From assembly GCF_018350175.1 (NCBI RefSeq), contig NC_058383.1:15626001-15690000 (forward strand): a DNA stretch of 64,000 nt, given 5' to 3'. The translations under genes and the position numbers were made by a program. The notes below the pieces were generated by a model. It was given only the letters and a program-made list of their open reading frames with translations. It was not told the DNA's origin and ran no database searches. Shown here piece by piece: positions 23,951-37,599 of this stretch; the first letter of the stretch is position 1, and the number at the start of each line of letters is the position of its first letter. This stretch comes from Felis catus (Eukaryota).

Positions 23951-26573
23951 TCAGTATCATCATTATTACATTTATAATTATCATTAGGTATATTTATTTT
24001 ATTAGGTATTGTTATTTTTGGGTATATATAGGAATAATGGAAACATACATATTCTAGGCTCCTTAAGACATATATATTTAAATTGAGGTCTAATTAATAT
24101 GCAACAAATGTACAAATCTTTTTTTTCAAATGTACAAACCTTAATTGTATAGTTTTATTATAACCACCACCTAGACCAAGATACAGAACATTTCAATCTC
24201 CTCAAAGTTTCCCTCTGCCTCTTCTCATTCAATCCCAGAATTCTGTCAACAAAGATTAGTTTTGCCTCATCTTAAAACTCATGTAAGTGGCTGGATCTAC
24301 TATAATTGATTTAACCCATTCTCCTGCTGATGGACAGTTGAGTTGTTTCCAGTTTAGGGCTCTTATGAGTAAAGCTGTGATGAACATTCCTGTATAAGAC
24401 TTTCTGTGGACACACGCACCAACTTCTCTTGGCTAAATATTAGGAGAATTGTTCAGTCATAAGGTGAAGCGCATGCTTAACAAAATGGTTGTAGCATTTT
24501 ATGTTTCCACTAGCAATGTAGTAGCCTTCCCCATTTTCTATATTTCTTTGCCATTCATCTTATTTTGTAGCTATATGGACAGCAAATGCTACCCTGAACA
24601 CCTGGACAAATTGGTTTCTCGAATGAATAAAATCACATACTGCATTTTCTTAAAATAAAAATTCAGTTCTTTTAATTCCATCTTCAGATTCTTTGGTGCT
24701 AAGAGTAATCATAATCAGATCCATCGCCAGTTAAGTGTGGCAAGGTCTTTACTTCTGTAAAGATAATGTGAGTAAACCCCAAGATCAAGATGTTGCCTCA
24801 ATAGTTTGTCTATGACCATGATGTAACGGTAGTAACAATCACTAAGTATTAGTCTGGGTCAGCTACTATTTGTGTGTTACCCCATTTAATCCCTTCAATG
24901 ACATTTAAGTGCCATCTTAGGTCCATTTTTAAATGAAGAAAAAGAGGGGCTCAGAGAGGTTAAAGAATACCCTTACTCAAGGAGCTACAGCTAGCAGAGG
25001 CCCAGATGCAGTCATGGTTGACTCCAAGTCCATACCCATAGTGGTCCAGACTCTAGTCCAAAGTGTTACTCACTGATCACAGTGGGAAACTGCCCCAGGT
25101 GGTGACCCAAACAGCCTCCCTGGTGGGTGCGAGGGACACATGAGCTGCCCCAGCAGAGAAATGTACCTGATCAAATGCCCTGAGCCCCTATTTTATTTTC
25201 TCTGAGTCTTTAAGCAACTTCATCTGCTGATGATGAATCACAGACCATTGGAGTCTAGCAGCCTGAGGATAAATGCCACAATATCCTGCTTTCCGCCACA
25301 CCCTGGCCCAGCTCTGACCCTCTCCAGCTATGGCCACCTGGGCATGGGCACATCAGCTTAGAGCCAAAGCCTGTTCCTCCTCCCCACAACCCCTTCCCAA
25401 ATTAGTCCTCTAGGATCTTAAGCAAACCTTGGTCTGCTCTGAAAAACATGACCCCAGGGCAAGGCCCAGCTAAGAGTGCTGTGGGAGTTGCCAGCTGGGG
25501 CCAGCACTTTCCTCCCCCAAACAGCCTGCAAACAAAAATCTTTTTATAGCTCTGCAGAGCGATGTGACACTTTGTTTTCTCAGCATTGGAGGCAGCTGAC
25601 AGCCCAATGGGGAAACCCAGATGCTTCAAAGCAAATTGCATGACCAGAGGCTCCTTTCTGAGGATAAAAATGACCTTTCTCCCAGTGCAGGCGATCCTAC
25701 TTGGGAGGCCAGCACAGATACGTAGTGGTTGGAGACTTTCTGACTCCTTAGCCAATGTGTTGAAGGTCAAGAATCATGTTAGTTCTGTAGTCATCTCCAA
25801 AGTTAGACTGAAGGGGCAAAGAGCTTCAGCCACATGCTCTGGAAGGACCCGGTGAGGGGTCACACCAAGGCTTTTTACGTAATCGGCATGGCAGGCCTGT
25901 GAGGCAGCTGTAATTATTTCTCATTTCACAAGCAAGGAAACTAAGACATAAAGTCTTTAAATTGTTTACGTGTTAAGGTATCAGAAGTCCTTCCTTGGGA
26001 AGGGCTATTTTCTTTTCTGAGATTGTGTCTTTCTGTGTTTTAGCGTTAAAATGACAGTCACAATTGAAGGTGTTTGTTTGTTTTTTTCTAAAGGCTTTTC
26101 TTGGCAAAATTAAAAGATGGCAATCATATGTTGGCCCTTCCTCCACCTTTTTTGTTCATTTGTTTTAAACCATCAAAGAAAGTCTGAGAACCACGGTCAT
26201 ACACCATGTCCCTCCCTAATGGCAATGTGGAGCCCCAGAATCTGAATCTGAGGATATTCTCCAAGAAGTTGTTTTGGGGCTCCCCTGCCTATAGGTGGCA
26301 TCACACCTTTTCCATACAGATGACAACTTCCTAGTCTCCAATTTCATCACATCCAGCCAGTGTGTGGCACCTGGGCTCTCTCTGGCTGTCCTTGTCTCCT
26401 CTGGGAAAGATACTATGGCTTTTGATCCAATTCAATAAGCACATTTATTAAATTCCATCAGTACATTTGCTATTTTCTTTTCTGGGTATTAATGGAAGAT
26501 ACCAAAGCCCCATATTGAAGCCCAGGTCCTACTTACTAGAACTATAAGGTTGATCATAGAGGGAGAAACATAC

Positions 26574-26743
26574 CCAAAGTGGGTGCCATCCCGGTCAATG
26601 AAGTACCGGCCCTCGGAGTCTGTGGGAATGTAATGTCGCCCGCTGAACATGGCCGCCAGCATGGTGTCTTCATAGCGCCGCAGGGTAGACAGGCGTGTGG
26701 TGAAGTGAGCCCCTCCAATGTTAAGGGGAACAACCTCAGGAAA
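26574..26743 (-). CDS. KCTD7: KCTD7 coding exon 2 (170 nt, start of BTB/T1 domain)
   Basis: TTTCCAG| acceptor; FPEVVPLNIGGAHFTTRLSTLRRYEDTMLAAMFSGRHYIPTDSEGRYFIDRDGTHFG (T1-type BTB motifs LNIGG, FIDRDG); GG|GTATGT donor, phase 2. Confidence 0.97.
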
Positions 26744-28114
26744 CTGGAAAGGAACCACCGGCACTTTCAGCCAGGCATTGGGGAATGAGAACAGAGGCTG
26801 CTCTGATTGTGGTCTTCTGGGGTCTTATTAGTGCTACACCATTCAGTCACCCAACGCTAAAATCCAGGAGTCTTTCTGAGTGTTCTTCTCTCTCCTCTCT
26901 TTCCCCACACTCATCAGTTGCCAAGTCCTACCCACTCCCCCCCCCCCCCACCCACAGCCATTAAATCAGGCCTTCCCACCCCAATTCTGCTATCGCTGTT
27001 CTGGAGTTCAAAGCCGTCATTGTCCTCTTTTCTACTTCCTGAACTTGTCACTTTTATGCCCTTGCTCATGCTGTCTTCTCTGTCCAGAATGTTCTTTCCA
27101 CTCTCCCTTTGTCCATCTGGCAAATGCATTTGCCCCGTGTGTGGTGTATGCTGTTCACTGCACAAGGACACCGATCTGAGAGTGATCTGCTAGCCCAGCT
27201 GTGTGTCCTTTCTCTAATACACACCAAGGCACCATATAGGTTAGCAGCATCCGCGCATTCTAAAAGTTTCTCTTCAGAGCGCCTGGGTGGCTCAGTCGGT
27301 TAGGTAGCTGACTTGATTTCAGCTCAGGTCATGATCCCAGGCTTGTGAGATGGAGTCCTATGCTGGGCTCCATGCTGAGTGTGGAGCCTGCTTAAGATTC
27401 TCTCTCCCTCTGCCCGTCCCCAAGTTGTGTGCACATGCGCACACTCTCTCTTTCTTAAAAAATAAAAGCTTCTCTTTAAGTTTCCCAATTCTGTAAGCAT
27501 TTCTCCTCTATTGTTCCTCACATGCACCCAAGACAGAGTTAACTGAACATTCCCTCCATCGTGCCTTCACCATGGACCACACACCCTCCTCGCCTAGCAC
27601 GGTACACCAGCAGTCATTTTCCTCTGTCAGCTCTCCCTTCTAGACCTCAAGCTTCCTGAGGGCAGGGACGGCATCTTGTTCACTAATCATGAGGCCACCC
27701 GCAGCAGGGCTCATAGGTGTTTGTGGAACAATTCCAGGCATCCACTCCTCATTCTTTGTACCTCACTGCTTCTTTCTTAATCTGTAGAGTGAGATCAGTC
27801 CCCCGTCCAGCTAAGGTTCCGGAGGCAAGGGCAGGGGGAAGAACAGGGAATGATGGTATAGATTTGCCAGGAGAAGTTCTAGGGTCTCCCTAGAATACTC
27901 AGGACCTTTTTGGGGGGAGGTGGAGGGTGGGAATATCTTTCACTGCTTGTGGTTTTAAAGAAATGAAGCCAGTTCTCTCTAATTTTCCCACAACCTCCAG
28001 ACTGACTAAAATTTTGTACGAGTGCATACTTTTCAATATTACATCTCTAAGGCTCCAGTGTATGTTTATCCAGATAGTCCTTTCCCCCAGCCTTCCAGTT
28101 TTTTTTCCTACATT

Positions 28115-28465
28115 TTTTTAGGTGTAGTTGACGCACAACGTTACATTAGTTTTGGGTGTGTGACACTGTAATTTGTTAAGTCTTTACATGGTATGCTTAC
28201 AAGTGCAGCTACCACCTGCCACCATTTATTACCGTTATGATTTCACTGACTGTATTCCTTATGTTGTACTTTTTATCCCCGTGAATTATTTATTCCATGA
28301 CTAGAAGCAAATACCTCCCACTCCCCTTCACCCATTTTGCCCATCCCTCCACCCTTCCTGCCCTCTGGCAACCACCAGCTTGTGCTCTGTATTTATGGGT
28401 CTATTTATGCTTTGTTGTTTTTTTGTTTGTTTTTTAGATTTCACATATAAGTAAAATAATATCAA
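28115..28465 (-). mobile_element. L1 3'UTR fragment in KCTD7 intron 1
   Basis: Typical antisense L1 end (TAGTTGAC.CACAACGTTACATTAGTTT...CCCTCTGGCAACCACCAG...TTAGATTTCACATATAAGT). Confidence 0.7.
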
Positions 28466-29679
28466 CTTTTTAAAAGTTCTTTGTGAACTAAAGTAGGATA
28501 AAAGTACATTAAATCAAAGTTACCCAGAGCCTAGTGCAGTGCCTGGCATGCAGCAAAGACCCAAGTGTGCATTAAATGAATGAGTGAATGAATGCATGAA
28601 ATAGAAAGGTTATGTACAGTTCTTCTGTGCGTATGCACTGTTACTCTTCTGCAACCAAAGGATAACAAATGCCTTCTACTTAGTCTATAGCTCCAATAAA
28701 ACTATTCTAGGTGCATAGCAAGGACTCACATATTTTGAGATAAGAATGCTTTACATTTCTGGAGCTCTTTACACCTTTTCCAAGGATATCTCATACGAAT
28801 CCAAGTGTCTGCTCCACAGTAGAGCTGAAAAGACTGAGGCACAGAGGCAAAAGCAACCAAAAACTGTTCTGGATCTCACATGGAACAATGTATCTGGGGG
28901 GGAGCTGGCCTACAGTCTCTGGGTGTTGCCTCTTTGTCTCAAACCCCATTGTTTCCCCAATGACAGTGCATGAAAAGTAAGCACCACAGTGTTTCTAACG
29001 GCTCCACCCCCCCAACTGCAAAGAGTACTTCTAGAGTTGTGCTCATTGTTGTGTTTCATGATGTCGAGGGCACCGGCTTCTAATCCCCAGGGGAGGAGCC
29101 ACCCCTGGCCCAGCCCTGCCCCTCTGGAGCTGTCCATTCTCCTAGGATTCCTCCACACCCCACAGGCCCCCACATCCAGCACTACCTTAGCTCCTACCTT
29201 CTGTCTCCCTCTTCAGCTCCCAGCAGGGCCCCACCTTCCCTTCTCTTTCCCCTTCTCTTGAGTGACATTTCAGCTCTAAATGTGATACTGTTATCACATC
29301 AAGACCAGTGGGCAGGAAAGCCATGGAGGTGTCAGGTGAGTGTGGACACATCTATTAATTAGCCTGCTTCTTATCTGCACAGAGTCCCTGACCCCACTTT
29401 CTGGGCAGCTGGAGGTTGGGTCTGGGCAACCACGAAGGCCTCCTCCCTGATTTTCTAGAAGACACTCTCATCTCTTGGGGCTCCAAGGTTCCCTTCCCAC
29501 AGACTACCCTCCCTCCTCTAGTTGTTAAGGATGGGACTTAGGGATGGGAGTAAACCAACCTTGCAGTGAGTGAACACTGAAAGAGGGGGGCGTGGGGTGG
29601 GGAGATCAGGTGCCCCCCCGGGGACAGGAAGACACACCTGTGCCTTTTACAGGAGGATGAGTGGGCTGGGCAGCTCGGC

Positions 29680-30710
29680 TCTTCTGGCGCCGCCCTCAGC
29701 CCGACCCCCCCCCCCCCCCCCGCCCCGACCCCAGCCTCGGCGCTGCTCACACCCCAAGGTCAGTTCTGCCGGGCACCTGCTTCTCCCTCTGCGCCCCTTC
29801 CCACGCCCCACCCCCCGGGTACCTCCTGGGGCAGCAGGGGCAGCGCGTGCCCCGCCTGCGTGGCCGTCGGGGTGGCCGGCTCCAGAAAGTCGTCTTCGGC
29901 GTCGGAGCTGGACATGGCACCGTCCGGGCGACGGCTGTCTGGCTCCCGCCCCGTGACTACCACCATCCCTCTGGCTCTGGACAGTGGGCGCGGCTTCGGG
30001 CGGGCGGGAGGCGGCGGCCCCGGGCACTAGCGCCGAGCAGCGCCCGGCATGACGCGGCGCGGCCGACGGGCGGGCCCGGGGGCGGGGTGGGGGGGGGGTG
30101 GAGAGCGCAGCGCGCGAGAGCCGGAGGGCGGCCACTCCCTCAGCGCCAACGGGCTCACGGACCACCGCGCGGACCGCAGGGCCACCGGCCTGACCCGGCC
30201 GCCTCCCGCTATTGGCCGAGGCTCCTCTTGCTCCGCCCCTGATTGGCAGGAGGCTTATTCAGTCCAAGAGCAGGCAACGCGTTGAGTCTGCGCCCGAGTG
30301 GCCACTGGGAGCCGGACCTGCTTGCCTGCCCTGCTCTGATTGGTCCCCAGGCCAGCGGGCGCGCCCCTTCCATTCGCTATCCGCCCGGCGCACAGGGCGG
30401 CGCGCGAGATCGCCACATCTACGCGGACCCTCCTCGTTGGCTCGGAGGGTGGCTCCCGCATTGGAGTCGACGCCTAGTAACTAGACAGCAGGCAGGGCTC
30501 TCGAACTAGCTGTTCTATCTTCAGGGCAGTGGGTTCTGTGTCTCCTTGGGCGTCGAAGGCCGGGGAAATCCGTAGGAGGGGAGGACCAGGTCACCTCAGT
30601 GGAGGTGGCGGCGGGAGGACGTCTTGAGGATGCGGAGGGTGTGGCGGGAGGACGGCTGAGGTTGTGAGAGAGGAGGGGCAGCATTGCGATCGGGCGACCC
30701 TCCACAGGCC
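29680..30710 (-). promoter_or_regulatory. KCTD7: KCTD7 CpG-island promoter with multiple CCAAT boxes
   Basis: High GC/CpG density spanning exon 1; ATTGG (CCAAT on minus) at 30211, 30242, 30339, 30460; GC box CCGCCC ~30232; no TATA box seen. Confidence 0.9.
29823..29966 (-). CDS. KCTD7: KCTD7 coding exon 1 (144 nt, aa 1-48)
   Basis: Translates MVVVTGREPDSRRPDGAMSSSDAEDDFLEPATPTATQAGHALPLLPQE, matching the KCTD7 N-terminus as I recall it; ATG 29966-29964; GAG|GTACCC donor (GT at 29822-29821). Confidence 0.97.
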
Positions 30711-31142
30711 ACAAGGGCAAAACCTGGGTTTCCAGTCCTTCCTGATGGACTCATGCAGGAACCCGAAAAGAAGAAACCTCAAAATAAGAGCACCTGAGTG
30801 CAGTTAAAAATGACAGTGACTCTCCATCCTCTACGTGCCAGTTCCTCCGCGGATGGACACAGGCCCCACCCAAAGAAGCTGACATACTGTCTGCAGCCTC
30901 AGGCTGTGTCCCCTGGGAGGGGCTGGGTCAGCTCAGGGACTGACTCTCCTAGGCATCACGCTCTGAGCTCTTTCAAACCATTTTTACACCCAGTTCCTCA
31001 TCTGATCCTACTGTTGTGACAGAAAAGGCAATTGAGACCTAGAAGACTGGAACAGCTTCAGAGAGGTGGGCAATGAGCTAGAGGCACACACAGCACTTCC
31101 TCTGTTGGACCATCACACTCCCAGGTGGAGAAGTGTTCCAGG

Positions 31143-31335
31143 TCAGTGTTTTCTCCCACATCGGTTGCATCGAAATCACTGGAGGGGGACCTTGTTAAAA
31201 TACAGAGTCCCAGTCCTACCTCCAGAGAATCTGATTTGGTCTGTCTGGAGTGAAGCCCTTACATTCGCACGGCTGACAAACTCCCAAGTTATCCTGATGC
31301 TGCAGGTGCATGAACCACGCTTGGAGTAGCACTGC
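31143..31335. mobile_element. MER5A-like hAT-Charlie MITE
   Basis: CAGTG...CACTG termini; internal GAAATCACTGGAG..CTTGTTAAAATACAGA and TGATGCTGC motifs. Confidence 0.65.
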
Positions 31336-34300
31336 CCTAAAGAGGGCCCCTTGAGGCTTTCTCTTATCTATCACTACTCTCTCCAGCCCTTCCCAAGGAC
31401 ATGTATAACAAAATTTCCTCTTTCTGTCCCATGACAATTAGGACGTTTCAGCTGTAACAGAAACTGCGACCAAACTTGGCTTAAATGAGGATTTTATTAT
31501 CTTACCTAACAAGAAGTCTGAGCAGATCCTGGGTTGATTCACTCAACATGGAGTTACCTGGACCAGCTTCCTTCCATTTCTCCACCCTCCCAGGTGGCCT
31601 CTCCTCACCCTAGGAATCCATGTGAGAAAACCACAGAATTGAATCAGGAAGACAGTTTTTCCAACTCCTTAAGGAAAGCCTGTATAAAGAGAATGAGAAG
31701 GGAGACCCAGAGGCTCGGGAGGTAGGGAAATCCATGTGTAACTAGTTTTACATTGCATTCTGAATGTGTTGGAGTTTTCATTTTCCATTTCTGCTGAGGA
31801 TTTCCTTTAGTAATACCGTTTCCCAGTTGTTTCTGTTTACACATTTGGTGGGCCGGGGCGGGGGGGGGGGGGGAGGGGGGGTTGGATCCAAGGTCAGCAG
31901 CCTGGAATGAGGACTTGCTGAATGAGTGGGAAGGGGTTGGAACAGGCTTTCTGGGAAAGCAGGGCACTTTGCTGGCAGCAGCTATCCCCACCCAACAGTG
32001 GAATGACTTCCAGGCCAGTTCACATGAAGGCTGCAGGGAAGGGTCAGTGAGCCTTTAAGAGAAGGATGGGATGAGTAGCACATACTCATGCAGAGGTGGG
32101 GGCTGTTGTCAGAATACAGGCAGGTATACTCTGGGATCACTTCTCCAAGAGTAAACCAAACAAACAGGCCTGAGATCAAGCCCTGAGATTAGTAACTGGA
32201 TTCTATTCTCCATGTCTCCCTAACAAAAAGAACTGAATGCTGGCAAATCTCCAGAGTACTGATTCAGCTACTGAATTTTCCCTCCTGATTCTAACTTACT
32301 GAATAATTTAACAACCAGAAAGGAAATGAAAACAGAAGCAAAAGCATCCATCTTCTTTTCCATATCATCTTTTGAGTTTTCATTTTGATTTAAATGTTTT
32401 AGACACATAAACAATTATAGATAATACTTAGCTCCCTGCTCATGAAATGCAATATCACAAACACAGTTGTATCTGCATATACCTCCCTAATTTCATTCCT
32501 CCCTCTCCTATATATGGTATGTATCATTCCATGCATGTTTTCTCTTTAGTTAGGATATATGATACAGCAAAGTGCAAAACTATGTACGGTTTGAAGAATA
32601 ATTATAAAGGAGCTACCCATAAAACCACTACTCAATCAAGAACTAGAATATTACCAGTCCCTACATACTCCAAGGGTCCTCCCTGATGAAGACAACCTCC
32701 ATTCTCCCAGAGGTCACCAGCATCTTTACTTTTCTGACAATCATTTCCTTGTTTTCCAAGTTTAACTACCCCTGTCTACACCACTGAGCAATGCAGCTTA
32801 ATTTTTGTTTTTAGACTAAATAAAGGCAGCGTTATCCATGCCACTGATGAATATTTAATTATTTCCTAGTGTTGTATCAATCAGTGCTGCTACAAATCTT
32901 ATTTTAATGTCTCTTGCTGCTCTGAACATTTCATATCAAATCATGTCACTCCTCCATTTAAAGCTCTTTAAAGGTATTCTTGTTTCAGAGAGGAGTGAAG
33001 AAAAAAAGCGTGGTTCTGAGTGAAGTGAAGGGAGAATGGGAAGAAAGAAAGAGAAAAGAGTGGGGGGGGGGGAAGTGGAAATACTCTGTGGAGGAGTTTT
33101 GCTAGTGCCCAGAAGTCTTCCACCTTCCAAGTTTTAACTCCAATAAATTGATCTTTGATCTCTAGATTCTATCTTTCTCCCAAAACTGGTTTATTTGCTT
33201 TTCTACTTCCTTAAGACTGATGGTCCCTTGCCCTCTCACCCTTTTTTCTCAGGTAGCTAATAAAATAAAATCACTTGATTTTATTTTCTCCCCTATCCTA
33301 CCATGACCCCATGTATCCATCTAAACATCTCCCTAGGGAATGTCTTCCTGTGTTCCCTTGCCAGCACCTGACCAAGGGACAAAACCCATTAGATTAACCC
33401 ATCAGCCTTCTGTGCTCTATCTCTGGATAAGTGCCATCACCATATGAATTTAGATACCACTATAAATGCATGATTAACTCATGCAGTGCCACTGGGCCAT
33501 CTGTCCATGTGTTTCTTCTAGTCAGCTCTTTCCTTTTTTATTTTTAATGTTTATTTATTTTGAGAGAGAGCAAGAGAGAGCGAGCACATGAACAGGGGAG
33601 GGGGAGAGAGAGAGAGTGAGAGAGAAAAACCCAAACAGGCTCCACGCTATCAGTGCAGAGCCTGACGTGGGGCTCGAACTCTCAGCCACAAGATCATGGC
33701 CTGAGCCAAAATCAAGTTGGACGCTTAACTGACAGAGCTACCCAGGCACCCCTCTTTTTTTCTTTAGTTGAGATATAATTGACATATAACATTATATTAG
33801 TTTTGGGTGTACAACATAATGATTCAATGTTTGTATAAATTGCAAAAAAGATTACCACAATAAATCCAGTCAATATCCAAGTCAGCTTCCTTTTCTATTT
33901 CCAAACTTACTCTTTCCAAGGCCCCTCTGCACTCCAGGATATCTCCTCTCCTTCCAGCAAATGGAAACTTGGCTTTTATTGCATAGAGTAATGCAGCTAT
34001 CAGGCATGAAGAACTTCCTCAACTTCCTACCATCTCACCCTCAAGTTAACCATCTCCTCTTGAGTTTGAGGCTAAATCTCCCCAAGGAGGCTCTAACTTG
34101 TACTTGCTCTATAAATTAACCCTTCTCTCTCCTGAATTTTTGGTCTCTTCCTCTGTATGGTTTTCTTTGCTGCAGCCTATATTATGTGCCAGTTTCTCCC
34201 ATCATAATAAATAAAAATTCTTCTTCAATCTTGCATCCTTCTCTAGGTAGCACACCTTCTTTCTCTGTCCCATGGTAGCGAGTATTCTCACAAGTGTCCA

Positions 34301-34931
34301 TACTGTTTCCTTTATTTCCTTATCCCCATTGCAAAGTAGGTTTCGGACCCATCACTGAAACTGCTCTCCCCAAGATCAGCATGGCTTTCTAACTGCCAAG
34401 CCCAACCATCTGTCCTTCTTGAACTCTCTAGGTCATACCACAGTGGAGTCTCTTAAAACCCCCTCCTCCTTTGAATTCCATGAGCCTTTCCTGTCCTTTC
34501 CTTTCCTTTCCATCTCTTTCCCGTCTCTTTTGCAGGGTTCATTCACCATCTCACCTCTTCAGAGCCATTGGATCCCAGAATTAGCCCTTGGCTTGCTTCT
34601 TTCCTATTCTACATATACTCTCAAGGTATGGTTTCAACCATGGTTTCAACCACAGTCTATATGTTAAAGATTCCCAAATTTAAATTTCCAACACAGCTGT
34701 TTCTCCTGAACTTTATACCCTTATTGTACATAAAACTGACTACTTGACATCTCTAACTGGATGTCCCTAACGGTGCTTCGAATTTACCATGTTCAAAACC
34801 TAAATCAGCATTTTTCTACCAAGTGTTTCCATCCTTCCTTATTTCCCCCAATTCTCTCTACTCTTTGTTTAATGTTTATTTATTTTGAGGGAAAGAGATA
34901 GAGAGTGAGCAGAGGAGGGACAGAGAGAGGG

Positions 34932-34934
<3 letters not shown>

Positions 34935-34983
<49 letters not shown>
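34935..34983. repeat. (GA)n microsatellite expanded within a SINE (also 12938-12982; (AC)n 9999-10020; (TAAA)n 12750-12792)
   Basis: Directly visible. Confidence 0.9.
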
Positions 34984-34985
<2 letters not shown>

Positions 34986-37067
34986 CCCAAGCAGGCTCCG
35001 CAGCTGTCAGTGCAGAGCCTGACATGGGGGTTGAATCCATGAACTGTGAGATCATGACCTGAGCTGAAACCAAGAGTCAGACACTCAACCAACCAAGTCA
35101 TCCAGGTGCCCCACAACTCCTTGTTTCTTATCCACTGGCACAAAGGGAGAAACATCATGACTGAGAGGATGAAGTTAGATGGTTGGCCTTCCCTTGCTCT
35201 CCTGGCCTTGAGGAGGAGGTTGTTTGCCAACAGCTTCCCACGGCGCAAAAGCTTGGCTAATGGCCCACTTGCTCTCACCCCAGGTCAGCTCTCCCCAAGC
35301 CTCTGGTGTACCCTGTTGATTAGCCACTGCTATTTCTTAGCCTGGACTTCTCTTCCTATCGTCCGCTTTGGTAAATGTGACTGATGTTTAGATTGTCTTT
35401 ATCACCTCTTTTCTGATCCCTCTTAAGTGTGGCTCACTGAATGCTAGAAGCTTAAAATCTAAAAGCTGCTTTCCCCAGAGTACCTTGTATCCTGGATTCC
35501 ACGAGCGACCTAACTTTCACCAAGCAGATCAAAGCACTTGAGGTTTGGAGGAGGAAAAGTGAACACTGAGTCAGAAGCCATGATTCTTGCTCTTTTGGGA
35601 GGCAAGCTTGAATGTGGAAGCATTAAAACTTTTCCTTTTTGCTGTGGCTATAGCAGACTTCCCAATATCTACCTTCCTGGAAGTCAAAAAGCAGGGTGGG
35701 GGCGTCCATTTTGGTGTCTTACTACTCCCTGTAATATCTACAAGGTCCAGTACAATGCATGGCACATAGTAGGGACTCAATAGATGAATGCTGAAAGGAA
35801 TTTGTGCTGTTATCACATTCAAACTATTACCTCTCCATATATTTCTTCCTCTTGTCTTTTATTGGTATTAGTAGTACACAGGGGCATGAATTGCTGTTAT
35901 TAATATCAAAGAGGTGGAGAATTCCAGAATGCCATCACTCTTGGCTAGTGGGAAGGAGCTCCCCTCATGTTGTGAGAAGGCCTAGGAGTCTTATCCAGAG
36001 TGAACATTAAGGGAATGCTCTTTGGTTTGGGGTGTATACTGGTAACCATGGACATCTTCACTGCAAGAGGACATGGGCCCTGAAATGCTCTCACCTCAAG
36101 CTCCTTGCATGTAGGCTTTTGGTGAATTTTGTTTTATATTTTCACTTATTAATTATAAAACAAAAATAACATATGAAACAGATACAAAAATAACATGAGA
36201 ATTCCACGGTGTTTTATGAATGTGGTTTGAGGGCCCTTCGTTGTCCTACCTACTATTGCATATTACTTTCTCACCCCATATGTCTCTAAATGAGGCTGGT
36301 TCCAGTCACTTCTGAAGCATTATGGTCAAATCCCATGGGTGGGTGAGTATATTGGAGCCACATTCCCAATTCTCCCTCCCACCTCATGCCCAGTTTGTGT
36401 GGCATTTTCTTTCCTTTTTTTTTTTTCTTTTAATGCTCATTTATTTTGAGAAAGAGAGAGAGAGAGAAAGGGGGGAGGGGCAGAGAGAGAGAGAGAGGGA
36501 GACAGAATCCACACTGTCAGGGTAGAGCCCGACTTAGGGCTTGATCTCATGAACCTTGAGATCATGACCTGAGCTGACATCAGAGTCCAGTGCTTAATCG
36601 ACTGAGCCACCAGGTGCCCCTGTGTGGCATTTTCATCAGTCTATCATTTCAGGCTTAAGCACTTCCCAGCTTAAATATGTCACCTCAACATGATTCCACC
36701 AAATGGAAAAAGAATTTAGCTGGAAATATAATTCCCTGCACCCTACGAAAATGTACCGTTTCCTAATGTGCCCTTCTCTTTGGGCCTCTCCACCACCATT
36801 CCACAGTCTTTGTCCTCCTAGGCGTCCTCACCCACTCAGAGAGTTTGTTGGGGTTGAGGCTGGGAAGGGCCTGTTGTTTCTCGGAGGCAGGAAAAGGGTA
36901 TTAGGGAAAAACAACTTGCCATTTGGGGACTTTCTAGCTCTGATGATTATTCTGACATTTGTTTGGAATTGCCAGCTGAGAGTCCTTTTGGTTAGCTAGA
37001 GACATTAAGGTGTAGTGAAATAGTTAAATATCTGGAGGCAGGATAGGATTTAAATTATCTGTAAGAG

Positions 37068-37236
37068 CAGGGGTTTGCATACTTCTCTGTAAAGGGACAG
37101 GTAGGAACCATTTTCAGCTTAGCAGGCCATATAGTTTGTCTCTACCTGCAGCTGTAGAGAGCAAGCAGCCATAGGTAAGACATATACGGTAGGTGTCGCC
37201 AGATTTGGCTCGCTGGGTGTAGTTTGCCAAACCCTG
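37068..37236. mobile_element. MER58-like hAT-Charlie MITE
   Basis: CAGGGGTTTGCATAC..TCTGTAAAGGG start and TAGTTTGCCAAACCCTG end. Confidence 0.65.
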
Positions 37237-37599
37237 TATGAGAGAAATAAATCCATCCTAACTGCATTGTGATCTTTTCAAATGTGCTCCATATAAATGT
37301 CCTAATAGCTCATTTCTGCTTCATTTCTGATTCAAGTCTCAATGATTCATTTGTGAAGAACAATCGATAGCCAAGTGTCAGAGTATCAAGATCACTAACT
37401 TTTCATCAGAAGAACTGGATAAATAATGAGACTCACTAGAAGAGAAACTGAAAGTCAATGTTAAGTGTAACCAGATGTGTAGCTTTGGGTAAGTCACCAC
37501 TTACATCTTGCTACTCGAGATCCCAGTTTTTTTAACTGTAGGATTACGGGGTTCCATCTCTTGATTTCTTTTAAAAAACAGTGTTTTGGGGGGTCCCCT

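Noticed and set aside
29538..30782. Many overlapping ORFs around the KCTD7 promoter
   Set aside because: Same GC artefact; only the 144-nt exon 1 frame is supported by splice sites and homology.
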